NCBI GenBank assembly: GCA_051362555.1
Contig: CM120642.1
Span: 31,186,001-31,250,000 of the forward strand
Direction of reading: 5' to 3'
Length of the DNA: 64,000 bases
Source: Lingula anatina
Lineage: Eukaryota; Animalia; Brachiopoda
Of the stretch, positions 11,778 through 20,854 are shown one piece after another (within the stretch, counting starts at the first letter, position 1; every line of letters starts with the position of its first letter). The notes beneath the pieces are model-generated. The model searched no databases and was not told where the DNA came from. It worked only from the letters and a program-made list of their open reading frames with translations. The translations under genes were made by a program, and so were the position numbers.

Positions 11778-14700
11778 TAAATAGACTAAATGCAAATATC
11801 CTGGTTGTCAATTTTTTTACATACAATGTTCAAAAAGGAAAGTTCAAATGAGTGCTTTGTTCAATATTTTTCCTACTCTTTTTCCAATTTGTTTTATCTT
11901 CAGTCAATGACGGAGAGGTGAGAAAGTTCAAATGAGTGCTTTGTTCAATATTTTTCCTACCCTTTTTCCAATTTGTTTTACCTTCAGCCAATGACGGAGA
12001 GGTGAGATTGATCGGCCCCTCCCAATATTTCGGTCGAGTTGAAATATACTACGCAGGAGGCTGGGGCAGAGTGTGTAAAAACGGGTGGTCATTGAATGAC
12101 GCCAAAGTGACCTGTAGGCAGCTTGGCTTCAGTGGAGCGCTGAATTACTGGACAAATTGGACGCCAAGGGGGACGTCTAGGGTGGTTCTAGGTAGGCCTA
12201 CTGTTTGCCTTTGTGTCTGTCTGTGTGTCAGTCCGTCATTCTGTCTGTCTCCCTGCGCATGTATGTTATGCTGAACATCTGTCCTTCTGGATGCTTGTCT
12301 GTTGGAGCGTTTCTCTATCTCTCATTTTGTCACCACCTGTCCGTCTGTCTGTTCACCTAGAGACCATTTCCAGTCCTTATCGTACTAACTTTAGATCGAA
12401 CTATCTCCAAGGGGATTCTTGCTTAATTGCAATTAACTTGAGCGGTCTGTCACGCCTACTGAAGCTGATACAGGCCTTCCCAACTACCAGACTCGGCACC
12501 TACGGGTCCAGTATAAACCGGTTTATCAGACCACACTACCCGTTTTCAAGGTGTGTGTCAGATCGCATTACAGAGTATCAGCCACCACACCGATTTTGCC
12601 TGGTGCGCGATGTGATAGCAATGATCCTAAGCGGGGTTGGAAAGTAGTGCATCTCATCTAGATTCATGCGCTGCTGCAATTTTCTCTGTTTATGCTAAAA
12701 TCTGACAGTACCGCACTTTTTAACATAAAATTTAGGTTCGGACATAGCCAATGATGTTTTGTAAATAAGAACTTGTAAACTTATATATTAATTTAGAAAA
12801 GTAGACCTAATTTTGATAGCAGAAGCATATTCTGTCGGGGGTTAAATATTTTCGTGACTACCGGGATGGACGAGATTGAGGGCAGGGGTAATCCTAGAGA
12901 GGGGTGAGAAACGTCCATTGTTCTCGTCAGCGAGGCTGTCCTTTTTCAGGGTTTGTACGCACGGACAGAAAACTTAAGTATTGTGGGAACGTTACTAATG
13001 AAGCCACTGGTATAGTACTAGTAGATATCAGCCTGTAGTCTTGAACAAGCGCCTCGATGACGAGTGAACAGTTGTCAAAAACAAAAGACCCAGGTGTGGT
13101 AGTTCAACTACTGTTGATGCGTGCCGCAACGACCAAATCTAATTTCTCCTCAAGGTCACAAAACAATAACCGGTACTGACGGCTAGGCTCGTCTTAATCA
13201 TATAAGTAGCGCGTTTCCACCCCCTGATTGAGGGAGTCGTCTGTTGTATTCATGCGACTCCTACTTGACGAAAACGAGGCGCGATACCCGGATGACAGGT
13301 AGGCTTACAGAATTTGTGATAGGGTATGATACTCTTTTATGCGATCTGACACACACCTTGAAAACGGGTAGTGTGGTCAGATATACCGGTTTATTCTGGA
13401 CCCGTCGGTGCCGAGTCTGGTAGTTGGGAAGGCCTGTGATAGGGGGTAATTCGCTATCGTTTAGCAGTTTTAGTAGGCGTCCCAAACATCTAAGCCACTT
13501 AATCTGAATGCGATTTAGCCAGAAACCCCGTGGAGATGGACCGATCCTGTTAGATCGATCTAGGGATGGGTCATATTTTCTTGCAACTTTTTCTTGTAAC
13601 TTTTTTTGTGAATGGTCACGAATTTTTGTATTTTTGGTTTTTGAGAATACAGCCGCAGGTCGTGCATGTAGTATTATTGCAGACAATTTATTCACATGAT
13701 ATTATGATATTTTATAATGAAATTATGTTATGTAATTGTCTTCTTTATTGTTATGTAATGTGTAATGAGCTATAAAAATAAGCTGTAAACTTGTATTTTA
13801 ATTAAACTGTCAATTTAAAACTTAAAATCTATGTTCTTAATGCCTAAATAGTTTTATGTAAGTTGTACGTGTGTATTGCGATATTTAAAAATCTCTTTAG
13901 TTATTAATCTATTATTTAATTAACTTACTTAGTAAGTCAGTCAGTCACTTAGTTATTATTATTATTTTGTGGATGATGAACTTTCAGACCAATTAAACTG
14001 TGCCGGTACAGAAAGCAGACTTGATGCCTGCACTCATGGATGGATAGGATATCCAAGTAAATCGTTCTGCTCGCAAAACTCGGTCGTGGACGCCGGCGTC
14101 GCGTGTGAAGCGCGTGAGTATTACATAGCTAGCCCAGGGTTTTGCTAAGGTGAAAAGGGGGAAGGTTATTGGCCTCGCTTTGCTTGAGAAATATACAAGA
14201 GTACAGTGTATGTAAAATACAGGCTAGGAGGACAGAGTTGCGTGGATTTGTCTCGTTTCATTTCTTATTAATTATCATCATCATCCTTTTTATTTTATCT
14301 TTTATAGGGTGGGGGTGAAGGAATGGGGTATTTTCTCTTGTTAAACCGAGTTATAGAGTAACAGAAAAAAGCCAAAAGGATTCAGTCACGTCAAATCGAA
14401 AGTTTCTATTAACATAGTTTTATAACTGCCTTAGAATTCATAAAGATGTTGAAGTTTCCTTTACATGTAAGACAGGTATTGCAATCAAATCTTTGGTTAT
14501 CCTAACCTTTCTAGCTGGCGATGGTCAACTTCGTCTGGTGGACGGTAACGGCTACAACAGCGGACGGGTAGAGATAAAGTTTGCCGGTGTATGGATGCGT
14601 ATCTGTGACAGTGGATGGGGAAATAACGACGCCGCGGTTGTGTGTCGTCAGTTGGGGTATAGCGGATATGTAAGGGCCGTAACAGGTAAAGCAGAAGGTC

Positions 14701-17451
14701 TTATGCTTCTTAAATAACTGTCCTACATCGGATCTTCGAGACAAATTTATTTTTCCTTAAAAATAACAACACCATTTCTCTTCCTCACTAATCATTGCTC
14801 GACCTGTCCCTCCACTTGGATTCGACGTTTTGTAATATGCCTAATTGGATAATTTAGATCTGACATTTTAAAAGGAAAATCGACATCAGATAATTATATT
14901 TGGTAATTCTGTTGTTTGAAAGTCTGAATTAGGAAATAAGTAGTATGAGATGAAATTTGATACAGGCGCCGGGTCAAAAGTCCCGCCTGAAAAATATTCT
15001 TAGCATCTTCAGAAACGATTAACTCAATTTCTTATATATTTTCTCTATATTTACTCAAATAGGTTGGAGACCAAAGGGGAGTGGGTCTTTTTGGTTGAAC
15101 AATCTTGGATGTCTGGGATCAGAGACCAACCTTACGGACTGCACTCACGTTGGAGTTGGGGCATATAACACCTATTACTGCGGCCTAAACAGTTATGTTG
15201 ACGCTGGCGTCTATTGCAAGGGATATTTACGTAAGTGTCTGTCTGTCAATCGACCTGAGACTGTCTGCCACTTACCCTTTTTTGTTTTGTTTTTGTGTTT
15301 GTCCGTGTCGAAAATTTCCGTTCCATTTTTATTTATTAGGGGATGTTCCTTTATTCTGTGCATTGCATGGAAAGGGTAATTACACACGAGGTTTCCTGAA
15401 AAAAAAACTAATATATTAAGTTATAATTGATATTTCTGCGTATGAAGACATCTATCACAATAAGTGTTCTAGTAAATTGCGAATTTCTTCATCAAGTTTA
15501 ATTTTTTTTTTTATAAAACATTTGGTATTTCCATAACCTTGGCCGAATTTAGCGTTTATTTTTTTAACCAGCGGGTGTGATTCCCCCAACTGCAATTACC
15601 ACCACCACAACAGCATCAGCCAACGTTGCAGTAAGTAACATTATTTAAAGGTACATTCGAACCGAGCGACAGTGGAGCGTGGATTCCCAGTTACTCATAT
15701 AAACCACTTCTACTAGTTTCTTATACGACTCAAATAAATTGGACATGCCAAGGGATAACTGAAAACTGATAACTGATAACTGAAAACTGATAACTGATAA
15801 CTGAAAAAATCACTCGATCAGCCATAAAAGAGCTTTTGGCTGCTCCTTTCTTTAATTTTTTGGTCAAAAATTTAACCTACTTTCGTGACCTATTTTTCTA
15901 CCCCATTAACATTTAGCATAGAATGCTAGCAGAAAAATCTGTTCAAACATCATTTTCGGGTAAAATTTAATCATGCCTTTTGGCAATTCTCTTAGTTATA
16001 CTACTTGAAACTATATTCTGGCATTTGATTGGCTTTTGTGACCAAAAACTGATTCCATATGCATCTTTAAAGCTCTTTAATTGCTGATAGAGTGATTTTT
16101 CGTTTATCCCTTCGCATGTCGATTTTATTTGAGTCGTATAAGCAACTAGTAGAAGTGGTTTATATATGTTACTGGGAATCCACGCTCCACCGATGCTCAG
16201 TTCATATGTACCTTTAAATAAAATCATGGTTTGCTTCATTTTTCCTCAAGTAGTTATTGTAGACTGTTAGGGACACCTTTATGCAAAATTTCAAAGATGG
16301 TCATGCCAGGATACATGCAGTTATCCTATTTTGGGTGCTTTTTCTGTGAATTAAAGTAATTTAGCGTATTAACATGCATATTTATAATGATAGTAGAAAG
16401 GTAGAGTTTGTTTTCTCAAGAGCTTTAGAAATAAATTCATCCTTCATTAGCCAGTACGTTAAAACTGCATAGCACAGTTCTAGACTATCCTGATGAAGTC
16501 GGACTGTATAACCAGACGAAATATTGGTAAATGATGTTACTTCAAATTTGACAATAGAATATTTATAATTTCATTTCAGACTGGACCTAGATGTTTTTCT
16601 TGCTCAGACACCTCATCGTGTAGTTCATCCCAAAACATTTTGTATTACAGCTCTTACACCACGTGTTCTAATGGATATGTTTGCCATGTGAGTCACTCTT
16701 TCTCCTTCTTTCACGTACACACGTGGGCTCGTGCACACACGCGCAAACACACACACACACACACACACACAAACCAGTATCCACACGTATTCACACACTG
16801 GACAAACACACACGCATTCGCACACCATCAATATCTTACAAGTTATTAAAATTAACACATATTTAGGGCTATGTCTGCTTAACTTGTAACAGGAACTGCA
16901 AATAGTAATATCCAATAATTATTAACACTATTTGTTAACATGAAATACTTCCTGCACTAATAAAATTGATATAAGTAATACTAAGTAAAAGAAATGTGTT
17001 TCACAAACTATCGAAAACGTTTAGTCAATTAAGTCTGTCGGTCAATTTCTCTAGTTGAAACTAGCTAAGAGATGACCTCAACCAAGGTCAATAAATGCAT
17101 ATTATTATTATAATTATTATTATTATTATTATGGATACATTTATGCATTTATTTTTGCAGACCACGGCCTCGGCGTACCGCAATTTCGATCTCGATTTCG
17201 GTTCGTCCACCATTGCCTACAGCTACAGCCGCGGGTGCAGACATCGGTTACTTTGTACCAGCCGGGAGCTCCAGGGTAATACTTGCACTGGAACTGGGAC
17301 CAGTAAGGTCTGCAGACAGTGCTGCACTACTAACTACTGCAACAGTCGTATACTGGATACGTCCCATGGCAGCAACGTTAGCAGAGGGCGCGGTGTCCAG
17401 AGTGACGGCTTTACCGTCTTCTGCCTGATTTTGTTCTTTGTCTTTGCCTGA
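3517..17451 (+). CDS. Multi-SRCR (6 group-A domains, DMBT1/neurotrypsin-like) plus Ly6/uPAR three-finger-like domain, predicted GPI-anchored surface protein, 841 aa, 16 exons
   Basis: Seen: exons 3517-3589, 6890-7048, 7350-7517, 7715-7906, 8267-8407, 8945-9136, 9492-9632, 10394-10585, 11047-11187, 11988-12191, 13988-14113, 14515-14685, 15063-15230, 15572-15630, 16580-16687, 17161-17451. All introns are GT-AG, phases are consistent, and the 2526-nt frame is open. Signal peptide [23 protein letters not shown]. Six repeats of RL..G..Y.GR(V/L)E(I/V).....W.R(V/I)C...W....A.V.C(R/K)QLG...C.G.E.....C.........C.....DAGV.C (6 Cys each). Stalk [11 protein letters not shown], then RCFSC...CCTTNYCN and a hydrophobic C-terminus [13 protein letters not shown]. 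Knowledge: SRCR group A pattern and LU-domain CCxxxxCN motif. The GPI anchor is inference. Confidence 0.88.
5247..6738. mobile_element. Non-autonomous CACTA/EnSpm-like DNA transposon (~1.5 kb) in intron 1 of the SRCR gene
   Basis: Seen: TA|CACTGTAAAAACAGTGTTTAGCA...TGCTAAACACTGTTTTTACAGTG|TA (23-bp perfect TIR, TA on both sides), subterminal short repeats (cagctccac/acgcgcttag), no transposase ORF. Superfamily call is from the CACT terminus and 2-bp flank (inference). Confidence 0.75.
7655..10078 (+). repeat. Tandem duplication of a ~1.23-kb unit (two exons plus introns) producing SRCR domains 2 and 3
   Basis: Seen: exon 7715 vs 8945 offset is 1230 bp. The introns align too (e.g. gatttctcctacgcctgcctccgcacagacgctgcacg at ~8003 and ~9224, (TA)n tracts, agccattataaacatcaa at ~8841 and ~10049). 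Boundaries are approximate. Confidence 0.92.
11217..11392. mobile_element. Small MITE-like element with ~23-bp terminal inverted repeats
   Basis: Seen: CGGTGTGACAGGAATGGTAGTCC ... GGACTACCATTCCTGTCATACCG (one mismatch). No clear TSD; family not assigned. Confidence 0.6.
11839..12006 (+). repeat. 84-bp tandem duplication spanning the acceptor site and first codons of SRCR exon 10
   Basis: Seen: aaagttcaaatgagtgctttgttcaatatttttcctac..tttccaatttgtttta(t/c)cttcag|(t/c)caatgacggagaggtgag occurs twice, with acceptor AGs ending at 11903 and 11987. Confidence 0.95.
12471..13436. mobile_element. Non-autonomous hAT-like element with ~100-110-bp TIRs and 5-bp TSD (TGATA), nested in an older MITE
   Basis: Seen: tgata|CAGGCCTTCCCAACTACCAGACTCGGCACC...GGTGCCGAGTCTGGTAGTTGGGAAGGCCTG|tgata. 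TIR 12471-~12580 pairs with ~13327-13436. The flanks (~12362-12470, 13437-13572) resemble the MITE family also at 46988-47170. Confidence 0.8.
15649..16213. mobile_element. TTAA-targeting non-autonomous DNA transposon (Kolobok-like) with ~105-bp TIRs
   Basis: Seen: TTAA|AGGTACAT...ATGTACCT|TTAA; long imperfect TIR (ggagcgtggattcccagt..catataaaccacttctactagtt.cttatacgactcaaataaa); internal aactgaaaactgataactgat repeats. Knowledge: a TTAA TSD with RR termini fits Kolobok rather than piggyBac. Confidence 0.78.
16486..16529 (+). ncRNA. Putative minimal type I hammerhead ribozyme motif (Penelope-like-element type), intronic
   Basis: Seen: tatc-CTGATGA-a-gtcgg actgtataa cc a gac-GAAA-tatt-ggta. 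Both core boxes are intact, helix II is present, helix I is 4 bp (tatc/ggta with one wobble), and helix III is loop-less and palindromic. Knowledge: PLE termini carry such minimal hammerheads. Activity is unknown. Confidence 0.45.
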
Positions 17452-17655
17452 GAGAAAGGCATACAATGCACGCTTAACATCTAAATTTAAAATCAAAAAT
17501 TTAATTCCTCTACTAATTTCAACACTTTTGGATTATTCAATAGGGTATAACAAACTTAAAGGCATTTACCGACATCTGACCAAATAACCATTTTTGATGA
17601 CGAGTTTTAAGTATCTAATTTTTAGCAACTCCTCGTAATGGAGAAAAGACTGTTA

Positions 17656-18175
17656 GAGTTCATTCCCATTTACACCATCGTTAATCGGTCTACGTAGATC
17701 GATCCAACTATGTGAGGACTCGCGCTGAGTGCAATCAGCTGAACTGAATAACTCGCTTTCTCTTGTTTCCAGCGTGCTCGTATAATTACCAGCTTTTTTT
17801 GTATTCTACTCAAGGCCAGGTGTAGGCTTGTTAATGAATGAAGTTACCACCATCTAAGTGAAGTAAGGTCTATCCTACTAATCTACCTAGACCGAGGCGG
17901 ATCAAGGATTATTTGAAGGGAGGGGGGGACGATGCAAAGCCCCCCACCCTCCACCCCCCTTGGCGTGTGGTTCGCAAAATTTGGTATTTTAGAGGGCGAA
18001 CGGTGTCATTTGGTACGGTTTCGCACTATGATTCAGATAGTCAAAATTCTAACTTCAAGAGGGGACCATTGGTGTGATTTTTTTTCAAATATCGAAGGAG
18101 GGGTCAGGACCCCCTTGACACCCCCTCCCCAAAATCTGCCATTGGTTGACTGATGGTGTCTATGGGAATGAGCCA
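17656..18175. mobile_element. PIF/Harbinger-like MITE (family A) carrying an internal insertion (~17893-18144) of a GGCGGATC-type element
   Basis: Seen: TTA|GAGTTCATTCCCATTTACACCATC...GATGGTGTCTATGGGAATGAGCCA|TTA. The body (tagatcgatccaact.tg...cgctgagtgcaatcag) matches copies at 26229, 31370 and 34236. Confidence 0.6.
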
Positions 18176-18281
18176 TTAAATTTGATTGATGACAAAACGA
18201 ATAATGAATTAAGACAGGTTAAGACCTCGAAAACTAAAAAAAAAACTAATTTATTTTCTATTTTAAGTAGGTATTAGGCGG

Positions 18282-18317
<36 letters not shown>

Positions 18318-18922
18318 CAAAACGAGGCAGTTGTCTGACATTAAGAATTTAGCTTTGGTCTTCAGTTCTGTAGTCCGAAGGGCTACGTAGTCGTACTGGA
18401 CTTCTGAGTAGTGATAACACACTGTTAACAAGATATTTACCAGTGGTTTTGTACAAGTTAAAAATATATATCATCAAGTTAAACAATGTTTGAGCTCTTA
18501 GTCGTTGTAATAAAGAGATGTTTCCTTTTTATTCTTTCATGTACATCACAAATCTGATAGATAATTGTCGTGTGGTTTGGTCTTTGTGAAGTGTAAAGTG
18601 GAGAAGTTTACAATTATTTTACTAACCAGAAAGCCAAATTTCATTTTATTGATATTGTAAGTGTACTATACTTTTAGGTAAGGTCCATAAATTAGGCCTT
18701 AATGGTACTGGTCCACATGTTTATACCAAGAAGTTATAACTTCTTGTTTATACATACACAGAACAGACAGCTTTATTATATCGATTGTAGCTTATCAAAT
18801 ATTGCGAACCATATGCAAATCAACGTTGCATCTTTTCAGACAGTTCCCTATAGTTAATATTTTCCAGTTTAGCTGGTTACCTGTAACAATAATTTTATGT
18901 TTTGTGTAAGGATGGTGAAAAG

Positions 18923-19543
18923 CGATTCTAGGACAATTCTCCCCCCCCCCCCCCCCCCCGACTATTCCCCCCAGACAATTTTACCCCGGAAAGTCCCCCC
19001 CTCAAGAAATATATATTTATATACAAATATAAAGTAAAAATTTTAATATTTTAGAGTGATAATACAACCTCATCATTATTCTATTGCAAAATCCTTTTTC
19101 ACTGAGTACAAATACAGAAAGTTTTATTAAATATCTAATCAAAGTATAACCACCTATCCTTCACGTAAAGATGGGGTAAACAGATGAACAGGTAAACAGA
19201 TATTTTATGAATATTTTTAGTGTGGTGGGTAGTGGGAAGGCTTGAATTGCTTGACCCCATCCGGTCAAGCAATTCAAAGTGACAAATAATCAAAGGGATA
19301 CCTGAGTTGTATCATCACACTAAGAAATATTCAGAAAATGGATAAAAAATTTGAACCTTGTACCCTTTACTTTATATTTGTATATAAATATATATTCTTC
19401 GGAGGGGGGAATCGTCCGGGGGAGGGGGATTGTCCTGGGGGGAGGGGAATTGTCCGGGTCGGAATTGTCTGGAGGGGGGATTGTCCGGAGGTGAATTGTC
19501 TGGGGAGATATTGCCCCGGGGGGGGGGGGTTGTCCTGATACCG
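18923..19543. mobile_element. Foldback element with GGACAATTNCCCC subterminal repeats
   Basis: Seen: left arm aggacaattctccccc...aagaaatatatatttatatacaaatataaagtaaa is the inverse of right arm tttactttatatttgtatataaatatatattctt...gggggttgtcctgataccg. Both flanks carry a near-identical tgaaa(a)g. Confidence 0.7.
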
Positions 19544-19970
19544 TGAAAGACTGCTCATATTTATAAATATTGCAAACTCTTTGTTCTGTCTAATTATGTC
19601 AATGAATAACCAGTAGGTAATTATTGAATTGAATTATTGAACTTGTTATAGTCTGTTTCCAAGTTGGTAACAGCAGATGTTAGTTGTAAAGTAACGCCAT
19701 TTTTTACTTGTTCATTATAAATGTAAGACTGTTTGATTTTAAAATAAATGTTTAAAATGACCTACATGTAGCTGTACTTCTTTGCTTTTGTGGTGTAGTA
19801 TTATTACTTGGTATTTTATTGTATGCAGAGACTACTGGATTTGACCAGACATCAAAGCCGCTTAAGCTGAAAGCAATTTAACGAGAAATCCCTAGGAGAT
19901 GGATCGATCTAAATGGATCGATCTAGGTATGGTAACCCAGTCTTAGGTCCCTTTTGAACCAGTACAGCCA

Positions 19971-20003
<33 letters not shown>

Positions 20004-20695
20004 CATATATATATGTGGTATAACGTTGTTTTCTGTCTCAAGGCAGCTGGTATGATTCGTTTACCCATAAATCATGCGTTGTATTAAATTACATTTCCAG
20101 ATACAATCTTTGCGTGACGGAGGGACAAGATGAGCAACTAGTCCACGAGAACTGAACATAAGTAAAATCACAAGATATCATTTAGAATGGGCCTAGCTAA
20201 TATTTATCAATAAAGATCGATTTTTTATTGTAAAAATGATGAGGTAGATTGAGATGTTATGTTATTTTTTTAATCCTTTTTTACCCAATTTAGCATGTTT
20301 CGAAACGTAGATGAAGTTGTTTGTACATGTGTTATTTTTCGGCAGATTATGTCAAGCGCAACGAATCGAAAATGCAGGTAACATTGGATAAAAATGTTCG
20401 TGTGGGAGTGAGAAGGACAGAAATAGATAGAGGATGGAAAGACGAAGAATTGGGTTGATTATGATCAGTGTGAATGGTGTCCAACCCGTGCAGCACGACT
20501 GTAACACGCACAAACCCTACACACTATGTCAACATTCACCTGAGGAACATAATAATGACAATAAACTTTATCTAAAGAGGGCGAAACATGTTAAGTGCAT
20601 ACACTTATCTTACACATGGAACTTCTTATACTAAGAAATCAATTCGTGGGGTTTACCTGTAGAGGGACTTTAAGACGAAAGAATTTTAGCACTTG

Positions 20696-20854
20696 AGGCC
20701 AGTAACCAGGAGATTTCTGGGGGTTTGAACGAACCGCCCTTTTTGCAGGGAAAAGGTCCACCCTGGGTGAAAATTATCATGGTACAAGATGATTTTATGG
20801 TAAAGAGTCCACTTTTTCAGAAAAAAATCCTTTGAAGTCACTGGCTGCAGCCTG
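20696..20854 (-). mobile_element. Short hAT-like MITE (CAGGCCC.TAGCC family), inverted copy of the element at 61132-61294
   Basis: Seen: the reverse complement matches 61132-61294 (ctgaaaaagt.gac..tttaccat.aaa.c.t....tacc...ata..attt.acccag); termini aggccagtaaccag / ctggctgcagcctg. Confidence 0.55.

Noticed and set aside
13035-13095. Penelope/hammerhead-like wording inside the hAT-like element
   Set aside because: It has neither an intact CTGANGA box nor a correctly placed GAAA.
12213-13695. 144-aa ORFs 12213-12647 (+) and 13261-13695 (-) as possible transposase pieces
   Set aside because: They run through the TIRs of a non-autonomous element and show no DDE or zinc-finger motifs.
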